This document shows positions 41,928 through 52,696 of a stretch of 64,000 nt of DNA, piece after piece. Source of the DNA: Candidatus Marinacidobacterales bacterium (GTDB lineage: Bacteria; Acidobacteriota; Vicinamibacteria; Marinacidobacterales; SMYC01). A model generated the notes under the pieces. The model saw only the letters and a program-made list of their open reading frames with translations. It had not been told where the DNA came from and ran no database searches. The translations under genes were made by a program, and so were the position numbers. The first letter of the stretch is position 1, and each line of letters starts with the position of its first letter. The stretch spans positions 544,001-608,000 of the forward strand of contig CBDCYI010000009.1 in NCBI GenBank assembly GCA_965224085.1, written 5' to 3'.

Positions 41928-43418
41928 TCACGACCTCCGCGTGCCATAGACGAATCGCTCCATCTCGCCGTGGATACGCCACACCGTCTCCGCGGAGGGC
42001 GGTTTCGTGAAACGCGACACCGCGGTGGCAACCATCCAGTTGAGCGCAAGGGACCAGACGGCACCGTGGACGCCAAACGGATGCGGTTTTATGACGAGCG
42101 TCCAGAACAGGCAGGCGAGTCCAGCCCCGAGCCCGGCCAAGACGCCGCCTCGGGTCAAAAGAAGCTTCGAGGGAAAGCAGACGTTTACCACACCGGGGGC
42201 GAGTTGCAGTGCGCCCGAGCCCGAAAGTGACACGAGCACGACGAGAGCCTCGAACGTATTGATCGCGAGCACATAACCGATGACGAGAAGCGCTAGGACC
42301 AGGATACGACCGACCCGCACGTAGTGCGCCGGGCTCGCTTCGGGGCGCACGTAGCGTTGATAGATGTCGCGCGTCAGCACGGTCATGTTCGCGTGCAAGA
42401 TCGAATCGAGCGTGGACATGGCGGCGGCGACCGCGCCAGCGAGGATGACTCCCGTCAGCCACGGGGGCGCGTAGCGAAACAAGAGCTCCGGGAATACCTG
42501 GTCGGGGATGGCGAGATCGGGTAGCACGAGCGCGCCCCCGAGACCAATGAGGGCCGCCGGGATATAGAGCGTCATCAAGTATATCGGCGTCGTCGCGCCG
42601 AGCCAGCGGATCGTGCGATCGGAAGCGGCCGTGTAATAGCGGAGCATCATCTGCGGCATGAAGAGAACGCCGCAGAGCGAGATCATCATGCCGAACCACA
42701 TGCCGGGCGTGAAGAAGCCTTTTGGACCCGGCAGCGTCAGCAGATCTGGCCGCTCGACGGCGACGCGGCGCCATAGCTCGAATGGTCCACCAAAAAGCTC
42801 GAAGGCGAGTACGAGCGCGCCGACCCAAATGGCCACGTACATCCATACGCCTTGGACGACATCGGTCCAATAGACCGCGCGCAAGCCTCCGGCCGCGAGA
42901 TAGATCGCGGCCACTACGAGAAGGATGAACGTCCCGACTTCGTAAGGAATGCGCTCGCCCGAGGCGACTGAGATGATATAGCCGAGCCCTTGAGCCTGGA
43001 CCTGAATATAAAGGATAGTGAAGAGCACCGAGACGAGCGCTACAACAACCCTGACGGCCTCGCTTTCGTAGAAGTCCGCGAGCAAGTCGGCCGGCGTCAC
43101 GTAGCCGAATTTCTTGCCGAGCGCCCAAATTCGGGTGCCGAGCACATAGCTGAAGGCGCCGACGAGGATCGTCCAAGTGCCCGCGTCCCAAAAACCGATC
43201 CCGTGGGTATAGAAAAAGCCGCCCGAGCCCAAAAAGGCGAACGCGGAGTGATAGGTTGCCACGACCGTCAGATAAAGAACGCCGAAGCCAGCTTTGCGGC
43301 CATAGAGAAAGAAATCGTCGAGATCGATCGCGAGACGGCGGTTGGCGACGAATCCGAGCACGAAGGTGACGAGGATGTAGAGAAAGATGAGCCCAGTCGC
43401 GATGACCCACGGCTCCAC
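41928..43418 (-). CDS. Sodium:solute symporter family protein
   Basis: ATYHSAFAFLG, GGLRAVYWTDVVQG, AAAMSTLDS. Confidence 0.93.
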   Translation of the reverse strand: MEPWVIATGLIFLYILVTFVLGFVANRRLAIDLDDFFLYGRKAGFGVLYLTVVATYHSAFAFLGSGGFFYTHGIGFWDAGTWTILVGAFSYVLGTRIWALGKKFGYVTPADLLADFYESEAVRVVVALVSVLFTILYIQVQAQGLGYIISVASGERIPYEVGTFILLVVAAIYLAAGGLRAVYWTDVVQGVWMYVAIWVGALVLAFELFGGPFELWRRVAVERPDLLTLPGPKGFFTPGMWFGMMISLCGVLFMPQMMLRYYTAASDRTIRWLGATTPIYLMTLYIPAALIGLGGALVLPDLAIPDQVFPELLFRYAPPWLTGVILAGAVAAAMSTLDSILHANMTVLTRDIYQRYVRPEASPAHYVRVGRILVLALLVIGYVLAINTFEALVVLVSLSGSGALQLAPGVVNVCFPSKLLLTRGGVLAGLGAGLACLFWTLVIKPHPFGVHGAVWSLALNWMVATAVSRFTKPPSAETVWRIHGEMERFVYGTRRS

Positions 43419-43655
43419 CTAGACGTCCCGACGATGCATCCAGAGAAGCACCGCGATGAGCGCGGCGTAGACGGCGAGGAGGTACGTGTAGAGAAACGGC
43501 ATCCCGAGCACGAAGGGCTCGACGCGGTTCGCGAGGAGCAGAATGGGCGGCTCTGCGAGCGCGAAAAGTATCACGAAGAGCAACAGACCGCGTCGCCCTG
43601 CGGTGGTTCTGGGAACGAAGTGCGACGCGAAGCGCGGGTAGTCTCGGCGATCCAC
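43419..43655 (-). CDS. Small two-helix membrane partner of the symporter (DUF3311-like)
   Basis: ANRVEPFVLGMPF; abuts the symporter start. Confidence 0.75.
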   Translation of the reverse strand: MDRRDYPRFASHFVPRTTAGRRGLLLFVILFALAEPPILLLANRVEPFVLGMPFLYTYLLAVYAALIAVLLWMHRRDV

Positions 43656-43848
43656 GATGCCCGTATTCTAAACGAAGACGCGCTCGCTTAGTTACGCCAG
43701 CGTCGCGTCCGAATCATGACGTGGCGTTCGGAGCCAGCGAGAGAATGAGGCACAAGCAGAATCGAGGCCACATAACGTCTACCTCCTCGCTTGCAAATAA
43801 AAGATATGACGCTTAATGGGACCGTCGACGCAAGCGGAACGGCGTTCC

Positions 43849-44913
43849 TCACGCGATCCAGTGGATCGAGTGCGTCTTGATGATGAGGTGCACGGGTTGG
43901 CCACGCTCGAGCTCGAGCTGCGCGACCGCCCGATGCGTTAGCCGGACGTAAATCGGGTCGCCTGCATCCACGCGCACCATCGCGACGCCTTCACGTTCTT
44001 CAATGGCGCCAATGGTCCCGGGAACGAGGTTTCTCGCCGAAAGCCCTTCGGGCGCCGTCCGCGCGAGCAAGATGTCCTCCGCGAGAATGCCGACAAGCGC
44101 GCGTTCACCGACAGGCGCTTCCCGGTGCGGCGCGAAGAGCTCGAGGCGAGCCTCCGTCGTGACCCGCGTGAGCCCCTCTTCTGGTGATTGCTCCGCGACG
44201 CGTGCATCGAAGACGTTCTCGAAGCGTCCGCGAAAGAAGGCGCCGCCGGGGCCGGGCTGGGTGAGCACTTCTTTGGGTGCGCCTTTGGCCTGTATCCGTC
44301 CCCGATCGATCAGCACGACTTCGTCGCACAAAGTGAGAACGTCGAAGACGTCGTGGCTCACGACGATGGCCGGGATGGCGTAGAGCTCGCGCACGCGGCG
44401 TAGGTAAGGAAGGATGCGTTCTTTGAGCTCGACGTCGAGAGCCGCGAGCGGTTCGTCGAGAAGCAGAAGACGCGGTCGGGTGAGGAGCGCGCGCGCGAGG
44501 GCGACGCGTTGTCGCTCACCCCCTGACAAACGGCCGGTGTCGCGCTTCAAGAGATGTCCGATCTCGAGCGCTTCCACGACGGAGTCGACCGTAATCTTGG
44601 GGTCTTCACCGTGAGCACCGTAGCGAATGTTGCGAAGGACGTTCAGGTGCGGAAACAGTAGAGCCTCTTGCGGGACGAAGCCGACGCGGCGGCGCTCGGG
44701 TGGCACGAAGACATTGGCGCTCGACGAGAACATCACTTCGCCGCCGAAGCGGATCTCACCCTCGGAAGGTTGCCGTATGCCCGCCAAGATCTCGAGAAGT
44801 GTCGTCTTACCAACGCCCGACGGACCGAAGATTGCGGTCACGCGGCCGTCTAGCTCCGCGGTCACATCGAGATCGAACGACGAGAGAGGAACCCGGACAG
44901 AAACGTGGATCAT
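43849..44913 (-). CDS. modC: Molybdate ABC transporter ATPase
   Basis: GPSGVGKT, LSGGERQR, LLLDEP; C-terminal TOBE (LSARN). Confidence 0.92.
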   Translation of the reverse strand: MIHVSVRVPLSSFDLDVTAELDGRVTAIFGPSGVGKTTLLEILAGIRQPSEGEIRFGGEVMFSSSANVFVPPERRRVGFVPQEALLFPHLNVLRNIRYGAHGEDPKITVDSVVEALEIGHLLKRDTGRLSGGERQRVALARALLTRPRLLLLDEPLAALDVELKERILPYLRRVRELYAIPAIVVSHDVFDVLTLCDEVVLIDRGRIQAKGAPKEVLTQPGPGGAFFRGRFENVFDARVAEQSPEEGLTRVTTEARLELFAPHREAPVGERALVGILAEDILLARTAPEGLSARNLVPGTIGAIEEREGVAMVRVDAGDPIYVRLTHRAVAQLELERGQPVHLIIKTHSIHWIA

Positions 44914-45575
44914 GCCCTGGTCCTGGTGAGCCGCTCCGAGACAAAGATCGCCGTGAACGCAATAAGCACTGTCACGACGGCGAGGCGGTAGGCTTCTGGG
45001 TCGCTACCGAGCTGGACGAGCTGGAAGATCGCGAGCGAGAGGGTTTGCGTTTCGCCCGGGATGTTACCGGCGACCATGATGGTGGCGCCGAACTCGCCGA
45101 GAGCTCTCGAAAAGCCGAGGATGACGCCGGCGAGGATACCGCGCGCAGCGAGAGGTAGCGTGATCGTGAAGAACACGTAGAGTGGCGGTCGCCCGAGCGT
45201 GCGCGCGATGGCTTCGAGCCGGGGATCCACGGCCTCGAAGGCGGCCCGGACCGTGCGCACGAGGAGCGGGAAGGCGACGACCGCCGAAGCAATCACGACC
45301 GCGCGCCATGTGAACGCGACGCTCACGCCAAAGCTCTCGTAGAGAAAGCGGCCGATGGGGCGGTTGCGGCCAAACAGCTCGAGGAGCACGAGGCCGACGA
45401 CCGTAGGCGGCAAGACGAGCGGCAAAGTCGCGAGCGTCTCAATGACGGATCGACCGCGGCGATGGGTCCGCGCGAGCCAGAACCCGAGTGCTACCCCGAA
45501 CGGGAGCGTGATGAGGACGCCGGCAGCGGCTATTTGAACAGTGAAGCGAATGAGCCAGGCGAGATCGATCGTCAT
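44910..45575 (-). CDS. modB: Molybdate ABC transporter permease
   Basis: LPLVLPPTVVG, FSRALGEFGATIMVAGNIPG; ATG at 45575. Confidence 0.93.
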   Translation of the reverse strand: MTIDLAWLIRFTVQIAAAGVLITLPFGVALGFWLARTHRRGRSVIETLATLPLVLPPTVVGLVLLELFGRNRPIGRFLYESFGVSVAFTWRAVVIASAVVAFPLLVRTVRAAFEAVDPRLEAIARTLGRPPLYVFFTITLPLAARGILAGVILGFSRALGEFGATIMVAGNIPGETQTLSLAIFQLVQLGSDPEAYRLAVVTVLIAFTAIFVSERLTRTRA

Positions 45576-45630
45576 TTCGTTTCCGTTCCGCGCGGGACGA
45601 TCCAAGCCGAGGCCCGAAGCATAACGCGAC

Positions 45631-46689
45631 TCAAGCGACGCTGTGTTCTCCACCCATGTGGCGGACGTCATAGCCCGGGAGATCTTGGAATAGGCGCTTG
45701 AGCGTCGCCTGCTGCATCGTTTTTCGCAGTGACGTGAGGGCCAGACCGCCGCGAAGCTCTTCGGAATAGCAGAGCTCGTAATCCTCTCGTTGGATAGCAA
45801 CGAAGTCGAGGCCTGCTTGTTCAGCGGCAATCCGCACCGCAACGCCCGCTTGCGCAAAACCGCTCCGGATGGCGATCGCGACTTCTCTGTGATTCGACAC
45901 GACGTAGCGAAAACGTTTGCGCGACTTCGAGCCTAGAAGCCGGTCGAGGCAGTGCCGTGCGCCCGAGCCTTCTTCTCGCGCCACCCATCGCAACCGCGCT
46001 TTGGTGATCGAGCTCGCGGTACGCGCCCGCACCGAGGTGGCGAGAGCGACGCCTTCTTGCCATCGCGCGAGATGGAGCAGGCCGTAGCCGGCGCCTAGCC
46101 GCTCTCGCACCATCTTGGCGTTCGCGTCCTTCGTAGCACCTTCTCCCCAGTGGACGCCAGCGGCGTGAACGAGTCCATGTCGCAGGAGCTCGAGCGCTTC
46201 GCTGCTTCCTCGAGTGAGTGCTACGAGCCGCACGCCTTCGCGCCGCGCGAGCTCGGCCGCGAGGAGCCCCACCGCAGGGTCACATCCTGCCACGACGAGC
46301 GTCCTATCCGGCTCACCCCAGACGGCGCTTTCGACCCGGCCGCCACGAAAGGTACCGTCGTGAGGGAGCTCGCCCACGGCCGTGGGCTCGACCGGATAGC
46401 GCAAGACGCGAGCCCCCACCTTCGCTTCCCAAAATCGGCCCGTATCGGCTTTGGGCTTCCAGGCCCACCCGGCTTCGCGATCCACTTCCGCGAGGGTGAA
46501 GAGCTGTTCCACGCTCATCCCGAGCGCTTTTGCGAGCCGTAGCGCGGTCGCGGTCGAGGGCGCGAGTCGCCCGGTCTCGATGGCACTCACTTCGGCCCGC
46601 GAGATGCGGCTTGCGTCCGCGAGGTCGTGCTGCGACCAACTGCGCGCGCGACGGGAGGATGCGAGAGTGTTTCGGATCGATAGAATCAT
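45631..46689 (-). CDS. XRE HTH plus molybdate-type periplasmic-binding-fold regulator
   Basis: WSQHDLA...ISRAEVSAIETG; AGCDPAV, REEGSGAR. Confidence 0.8.
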   Translation of the reverse strand: MILSIRNTLASSRRARSWSQHDLADASRISRAEVSAIETGRLAPSTATALRLAKALGMSVEQLFTLAEVDREAGWAWKPKADTGRFWEAKVGARVLRYPVEPTAVGELPHDGTFRGGRVESAVWGEPDRTLVVAGCDPAVGLLAAELARREGVRLVALTRGSSEALELLRHGLVHAAGVHWGEGATKDANAKMVRERLGAGYGLLHLARWQEGVALATSVRARTASSITKARLRWVAREEGSGARHCLDRLLGSKSRKRFRYVVSNHREVAIAIRSGFAQAGVAVRIAAEQAGLDFVAIQREDYELCYSEELRGGLALTSLRKTMQQATLKRLFQDLPGYDVRHMGGEHSVA

Positions 46690-46907
46690 GTCACCAACAC
46701 GATAGGATCATATCATCAAGGAAAAGGTACTTCAGGCCGTAGGCGCGATTCAAAAATTGAGCTTGAAGTTCGGAATACAAGCAGCGTTCTCACAAGCGAC
46801 TCCCCGGGCTGTGTTTCGCTGGGCCTCAAATTCTTCCCGCGAGAAAAAGGAGCGCCCGTGTAAGCTAAAGCAGCTAAGGTTGGACACCCAGGCGGGCGAG
46901 TCGCCGT

Positions 46908-47732
46908 ATGATAGGGGCGATGTGGCGTCGCAATCCGCTCTTACAGTTCACCGCCATCGGCGCGTTGTTGTTCTTCGCCTATGGCTTTCTCCATGACACG
47001 CGGACGGGCGATGCAAACCGTATCGAGCTGACCGCGGCCGACATCGAGCGTATGCGCGAGCTCTGGGCAATGCAGTGGAAGCGCCCTCCGACCGAAACCG
47101 AGCTTCAAGGGCTCGTGGACGCGCATATCCGCGAGGAAGTTCTGTACCGGGAAGCGCTCGCGATGGGCCTCGACGAGGGGGATACCGTTATCCGGCGTCG
47201 CTTGGCGCAAAGGGTCACGTTCATGGCCGAGGATCTGGCCTCGCGCGTCGAGCCCACTCCCGATCAACTGCAGCGGCACTTCGAGGCGCATCTCGATCGA
47301 TATATGCTCCCGGCGCGGGCCAGCTTCTCACACATCTATTTCAGCGTCGATCGTCGCGGGGACAAGGCCGAATCGGACGCGCGTGCGGCGCTCGCCCATC
47401 CGCAGGCTGCTCGAGGAGACCCGTTCATGCTCCAGAGCGACTTCCCTTCGCGCACGGCGCAAGAGGTGCGCGAGCTCTTTGGCGACGATTTCGCAAGGGC
47501 CCTGTTCGCGATCGAGCCTGCCGATTGGCGCGGGCCGATCCCCTCGAGCTACGGGATGCATCTCGTCCGCGTCCGCGAACGTACCGAAGGGCGGAAGCCG
47601 GAGCTCTCCGAGGTTCGGGACCGCGTGCGCAACGATCTTCTGGACCAGCGCCGTCGCGAGGCGGACGCAGCGCTCGTCGACTCCCTCAAGCAGCGCTACG
47701 AGATCGTCGTCGAACGTCGCTCTGAACAATGA
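46908..47732 (+). CDS. PpiC/SurA-like peptidylprolyl isomerase domain protein
   Basis: IREEVLYREALAMGLD, FSHIYF, WRGPIPSSYGMHLV. Confidence 0.85.
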   Translation: MIGAMWRRNPLLQFTAIGALLFFAYGFLHDTRTGDANRIELTAADIERMRELWAMQWKRPPTETELQGLVDAHIREEVLYREALAMGLDEGDTVIRRRLAQRVTFMAEDLASRVEPTPDQLQRHFEAHLDRYMLPARASFSHIYFSVDRRGDKAESDARAALAHPQAARGDPFMLQSDFPSRTAQEVRELFGDDFARALFAIEPADWRGPIPSSYGMHLVRVRERTEGRKPELSEVRDRVRNDLLDQRRREADAALVDSLKQRYEIVVERRSEQ

Positions 47733-48060
47733 GCCGCAACCGGCACGGCATGGTGCGCTGGCACAACCCGGTGCAGCTGCTGCGTACCGGCATCGAAATC
47801 TTTGTGTCCCAAGAGCTCAACGCTCGCGCCGACCTGAGGCTTCTCGAAGTGCAAACCGGTTCCGACCCGGATTTCACGGAGGGCAGCGACCCCGTCGGCG
47901 ACGTCTATCCGGTTGCAAGTCGCGAAGCTTATGAAGAGCGTCTCACAGCGCCTTTCGACGCGGCTTCTGCGGACGCTAATCCGGAACTTCCGCCCCATGT
48001 CTACGCCATACCGGGAATCATGATTGGTATGACGGTCTCATCAGCTTTCTGCGTCTTTTC
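47729..48060 (+). pseudogene. Metallophosphoesterase remnant (deleted, frameshifted)
   Basis: GDVYPVASREAYEERL...YAIP, then GNHDWYDGL in a shifted frame. Confidence 0.65.
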
Positions 48061-48228
48061 ACCGGTGGCTCACGCGGAAAGGAAGGAAGGCATCTCGGGA
48101 TCTGGCGGACGTGTCAGACCCGCAGCTATTTCTCCATCCACCTCCCCGGCGGTTGGTGGCTCTGGGGGACCGACATCCATTTGGAAGGAGATGTCGACGA
48201 GCTCGTTCTGAAAGGTAATTGATCGCTG

Positions 48229-49617
48229 ATGCTGGACGTTGCCGTCATCGGAGGAGGGCCGGCGGGCGCGAGCTGTGCCATGCGGCTCCAACAATTTGGG
48301 CTCGCGGTGGCGCTCTTTGAAAAAGGCGAGGGCCGACGCCAGCACGTCGGTGAGAGCTTGCCTTCGAGTATCCGCGTTGTGCTCGAGAGCCTCGAGCTCA
48401 CCCTGCCCGACGAGGTCGTCGAGCCGCGTCCACAGGAGCACCTCGTCTATTGGGGTCCGATGTCCGGCGGCGGCACTCGAGCGCGTAAGCATCAAGAGAC
48501 TTCGCTTCTCGTGTGGCGCGGGCCCTTCGACGCTTTCTTGCGTGCCACGGCGTCCGAGCGCGGCGTTCACATCGTCGAAGCGCCGGTAGTTCGAGTGCGG
48601 CCTATCGAGGAAGGCCACGCGCTCGACTGCGGCGGGGGCGAAACGCGCGCATGCCGCTTCGTCGTCGATGCCTCCGGCCGGTCCGGAATCGTGGCAAAGG
48701 CCTACCGTCAACGTGTCGAAGGACTGCGCACCCTTGCGCTGACAGGACATTTCGAGGCCGGGGAAGCTTCACCGACAACGCTCGTCGAGACCTTCGCCGA
48801 TGGGTGGGTGTGGTCCGCTCCTCTTCAGAACAGGCTTCGCGACGTCACGGTGATGGTCGACGGGGATGCGGTGCGCGATGGAGACGCCGACGCCGCTTAC
48901 CAGGGCGCCATCGACAGAGCACCTCACATCCGGTCCATGGTCGAGAGCGTCAAGCGTGTAGATCCCGTGCGCGGGACCGACGCGACGCCTTATGGCGCTA
49001 GCCCTTTCTGCGCGCGCGACTTCCTGCTCGTCGGCGATGCCGCGTCCTTTCTCGACCCGCTCTCGGCGCACGGCGTCCACAAAGCGATGGACGGAGCGAT
49101 CGTGGCAGCGGCGGTGGTACGGACCATTCTCGAAAAACCCTGGATGGCGGAGGAAGCCGCGCGCTTTTATGACAGCCGCGAGCAGGACATCTTTGACATG
49201 ACGCGCTCTCGGCTCGCGCGGCTCTACCGTCAGGAGACGCGCTTCGCCGATCGTCCGTTTTGGATGAAGCGCGCCCTTTCGGACGAGCCGCCGCCCGAGC
49301 CCGCGGCTCCCCGCGCGCCCCTGACCCCGACTACACCGCTTCGTGCGGGAGACGGTGTCGAGGTCGTCGAAGCGCCCGTCCTCGACAACGACACGATCAC
49401 GCGACGCGAGGTGCTTGTGGGGCCGGGCCTCGCAGGAATAAAGCGGCCAGTCCGCTATCTGGGCACCATCTTGCTCCCTGATCTGTTCCGCGTCGCTACC
49501 GCCGCGGGAACCGCGGCGGAGGCGGCCCGCGCGGCCGAGGGGGCCTACGAGCCCACCTATGCAGCCATCGACTGGCTCTACCGGCATGGGTACTTGGACG
49601 CGGCGCACCCACACTGA
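48229..49617 (+). CDS. qhpG: FAD-dependent monooxygenase for CTQ biogenesis
   Basis: GGGPAG, VGESL, VDASGR, GDAASFLDPLSAHGV; first gene of the qhp cluster. Confidence 0.8.
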   Translation: MLDVAVIGGGPAGASCAMRLQQFGLAVALFEKGEGRRQHVGESLPSSIRVVLESLELTLPDEVVEPRPQEHLVYWGPMSGGGTRARKHQETSLLVWRGPFDAFLRATASERGVHIVEAPVVRVRPIEEGHALDCGGGETRACRFVVDASGRSGIVAKAYRQRVEGLRTLALTGHFEAGEASPTTLVETFADGWVWSAPLQNRLRDVTVMVDGDAVRDGDADAAYQGAIDRAPHIRSMVESVKRVDPVRGTDATPYGASPFCARDFLLVGDAASFLDPLSAHGVHKAMDGAIVAAAVVRTILEKPWMAEEAARFYDSREQDIFDMTRSRLARLYRQETRFADRPFWMKRALSDEPPPEPAAPRAPLTPTTPLRAGDGVEVVEAPVLDNDTITRREVLVGPGLAGIKRPVRYLGTILLPDLFRVATAAGTAAEAARAAEGAYEPTYAAIDWLYRHGYLDAAHPH

Positions 49618-49655
49618 TACGATGCCTTCTCGATTTTCTTCGGGAGGTTCGTGCT

Positions 49656-51284
49656 TTGAGACTCCGTTATCTACTCCTCCTCATCCTGATGCCGGCGTCT
49701 GCTAGCGCCGCGGATGAAGGCATCCCCGTTCAGAGCGAGCTCGTCCGCAACGCTTGTGGCTCTTGCCACGCGAGCGACGACGCCGGTCGTATGACGCGTA
49801 TCTCCTACGAGCGCAAGGCCCCCGAGGGCTGGCAGCTGACGCTCAAGCGGATGATCCGTACGAACGGCTTGAATCTGACGCCGGACCAAGCGCGCGAGAT
49901 CGTCCGCTATCTCTCGGACCATCACGGCTTGGCGCCTGACGAAGCGCGTCCTTATTTCTATCGCGCCGAGAAGCGGCCGCAGCTCGAGAACATCGAGGAC
50001 AAAGAGCTCAAAGACACATGCGTGCGGTGCCACATGGGCGTTCGGTTTTTTACCCAGCGCCGTACGGCCGAGGAATGGGATCTCTTGAAGGGGATGCATA
50101 TCGGCTACTTCCCGGTCATCGAGTTCCAAACGTTCCGCGGCGCATCGCCTCTCGGGGGCGATGCGCCGGCCGAAGACGCGGGCTCGGAGTGGCGGGCGGA
50201 CCGGGTTTTGGAGACACTGAAAGCGGACTACCCGCTCGAGACACCGGAGTGGAAGCGCTACAAGGCCAAGGGCACGGGCCGCGGCATCGCAGGCAGATGG
50301 CTTTTGAAAACGCATCAGCCGGGAGAAGGCCCGGCTTCGGGCGTCGTCACTTTCGCGAAAGCAGGTGACGACTACGCCTATAGCGCGGAGATCCTCCTCG
50401 CCGATGGAAGCCGTCACCAGCGCGAAGGCAAGGGGGTTCTCTACGGAGGCTACTCGTGGAGGGGCAGCTCGAACGGCGACGGTTTGGGCGAGCTACGCGA
50501 AGTGCTCATGCTGTCGGATGACGGGTCGAAGCTCGAAGGACGGATTTTCAGCGGCACTTATGGCGAGCTCGGACTCGATGCCACGCTCGCTCGCCTCGGG
50601 GCGGATCCGCGAATTGCGGCCGTCTGGCCTCGCTCGGCGAAGGTGGGCGGGGGAACGGCATCGGTCACCATCACGGGCGCGAACTTCACAGACGACATCC
50701 TCACAGACGATCTCGATTTCGGCCAAGGCGTGTCCGTGATGGGCATTTCCTCTCGCACGGCAACGACGCTCACGGTGGCACTCGAAGTGAGTGACGAAGC
50801 TCTTTCGGGCTATCGCGACGTCGCGCTTGGTCCTACGCAAGCCGTCGATGCTTTCGCGGTCTATGATCGCGTCGACTATATAAAAGTTTTGCCCGACGAA
50901 GCGCTCGCGCGCGTCGGCGGTGGCGCGGTCGCGAAACAGTTCGCGAAGTTCGAGGCGGCTGCCTTTCACCGCGGGCCCGACGATGAGCCGCTCACCGAGG
51001 ACGACGTCGACCTCGGCACGGTCCAGCCCGAATGGAGCGTCGAGGAGTACTACATCCGCCACGAAGATGACGACATCGATTACGTAGGTGCTATCGATCA
51101 GAAGGGCTTCTTCACGCCGGCTATCGATGGTCCGAACATGGATCGCGAGCTGAACGCCGACAATTTCGGAGACGTCTGGGTGGTCGCGAGCTATCGACCC
51201 GACGGCGCAGCGGACGCCCTCCGCGGGCGCTCGCGCCTCGTCGTCACGATCCCCGTCTATGTATTTTGGGAGCTTTTTCCATGA
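49656..51284 (+). CDS. qhpA: Quinohemoprotein amine dehydrogenase alpha subunit (diheme)
   Basis: Signal peptide; CGSCH and CVRCH; RISYERKAPEGW; ALARVGGG; GFFTPAIDGPN. Confidence 0.95.
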   Translation: MRLRYLLLLILMPASASAADEGIPVQSELVRNACGSCHASDDAGRMTRISYERKAPEGWQLTLKRMIRTNGLNLTPDQAREIVRYLSDHHGLAPDEARPYFYRAEKRPQLENIEDKELKDTCVRCHMGVRFFTQRRTAEEWDLLKGMHIGYFPVIEFQTFRGASPLGGDAPAEDAGSEWRADRVLETLKADYPLETPEWKRYKAKGTGRGIAGRWLLKTHQPGEGPASGVVTFAKAGDDYAYSAEILLADGSRHQREGKGVLYGGYSWRGSSNGDGLGELREVLMLSDDGSKLEGRIFSGTYGELGLDATLARLGADPRIAAVWPRSAKVGGGTASVTITGANFTDDILTDDLDFGQGVSVMGISSRTATTLTVALEVSDEALSGYRDVALGPTQAVDAFAVYDRVDYIKVLPDEALARVGGGAVAKQFAKFEAAAFHRGPDDEPLTEDDVDLGTVQPEWSVEEYYIRHEDDDIDYVGAIDQKGFFTPAIDGPNMDRELNADNFGDVWVVASYRPDGAADALRGRSRLVVTIPVYVFWELFP

Positions 51285-52696
51285 CACTCGTTTACCCCTC
51301 AGAACTCAAACGTTTCTCCTCGCCGGAGCGCGAATACGCGTTTCTCATCCCGTCATCGATGGTGCTCGAGCTCGACGATGAAGTCCGCTCCATCCTGGAC
51401 GCTCTCGAGGAAGGTCCGAAGCCCATCGAGGCGCTCGCCACCTCGCCGGGCGCAGAAGGCGCTCTAAGGGAGCTCGCCCGAGTCGGTGCCGTGCATCGCG
51501 ACGGCGCGCCCGATGTGCCGATGACCCAGCTCGCAACACCGCCCGAGCCCCCCCCCCTCAGCACGATCGTGCTCAACGTCACCAATAGCTGCAATTTGAG
51601 CTGCCGTTATTGCTACGAGTATGGCGAGGACCGTCTCGAGAAGTCCGCGCCGGCGGAAGTTATGAGCGAGGAGACGGCGCGGCAATCCGTCGATACGCTT
51701 TTCGCTGAGTCGGGCCGTAATGACAAGCTGCAGATTACGTTTTTCGGCGGCGAGACGCTGTTGAACTTCAAGATCATTCGTCCGACCGTGGATTACGCGC
51801 GCCAGCGCGCGAGAGAAGAAGGGAAGTTCGTCGATTTCAGCTTGACGACGAACGCGACGCTGCTCACCCGGAACATTAGCCAGTGGCTCGCGGATAACCG
51901 CATCGGCGTGACGGTGTCTATCGACGGTCCGAAAGAGATTCAGGACTCGATGCGCGTGTACGGGAAAACGGGCATGGGGAGCTACGACGTCGTCGCCCCG
52001 CGCATCAAAGAGCTCTTGTCGCTCTACAAGACCCGTCCCATCGGTGCGCGCGTCACGCTCACGTCGAAAGTCATCGATGTGACCAAGATCTTCCATCACT
52101 TGACCGAAGAGATGGGCTTTTACGAAGTCGGCTTCGCCCCGGTGACGTCGTCGACGGGTCTCGACTACGCCATCGACGGCGACGGGTTCGACGAGCTTCT
52201 CGAGCAGTTCCGCGCCCTCGGGGAACGCTACGTGGAAGCCGCGCTCGCCGGCAAATATCTCGGCTTTTCGAACTTGAGCGACATGCTCGGTGAGGTCCAC
52301 AAAGGGGTGTCGAAAGCCTATCCCTGCGGCGCGGGCCTCGGCCTGCTCGGCGTCGCCCCCGGCGGCGAAATCGGCCTCTGCCACCGCTTCGCCGGCTCGG
52401 GAGACCACGACTTCGGCCACGTCGAGACGGGCGTCGACGCGAGCAAGCGCGCCGAGCACCTCGAGCGCGGGCATATCGACAAGCGGATCGATTGCAGCAC
52501 CTGCTGGGTCCGGAGCCTTTGCTCGGGCGGGTGTTATCATGAAGCCCAGGTGCGCTACGGTGACCGTTTTCGTCCCAACCTCCACTATTGCGACTGGATT
52601 CGCGAGTGGACGGCGATGGGGCTCGAAGTCTACGCAAAGTTACTGGACGGAAATCCCGAGTTTTTGGACCGCTTCGACGAAAGGAAAGTCGCATGA
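51281..52696 (+). CDS. qhpD: Radical SAM/SPASM thioether-forming maturase
   Basis: CNLSCRYC, FFGGETLL, CGAG...CHRF...CSTCWVRSLCSGGCY; ATGA overlaps on both sides. Confidence 0.95.
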   Translation: MTLVYPSELKRFSSPEREYAFLIPSSMVLELDDEVRSILDALEEGPKPIEALATSPGAEGALRELARVGAVHRDGAPDVPMTQLATPPEPPPLSTIVLNVTNSCNLSCRYCYEYGEDRLEKSAPAEVMSEETARQSVDTLFAESGRNDKLQITFFGGETLLNFKIIRPTVDYARQRAREEGKFVDFSLTTNATLLTRNISQWLADNRIGVTVSIDGPKEIQDSMRVYGKTGMGSYDVVAPRIKELLSLYKTRPIGARVTLTSKVIDVTKIFHHLTEEMGFYEVGFAPVTSSTGLDYAIDGDGFDELLEQFRALGERYVEAALAGKYLGFSNLSDMLGEVHKGVSKAYPCGAGLGLLGVAPGGEIGLCHRFAGSGDHDFGHVETGVDASKRAEHLERGHIDKRIDCSTCWVRSLCSGGCYHEAQVRYGDRFRPNLHYCDWIREWTAMGLEVYAKLLDGNPEFLDRFDERKVA

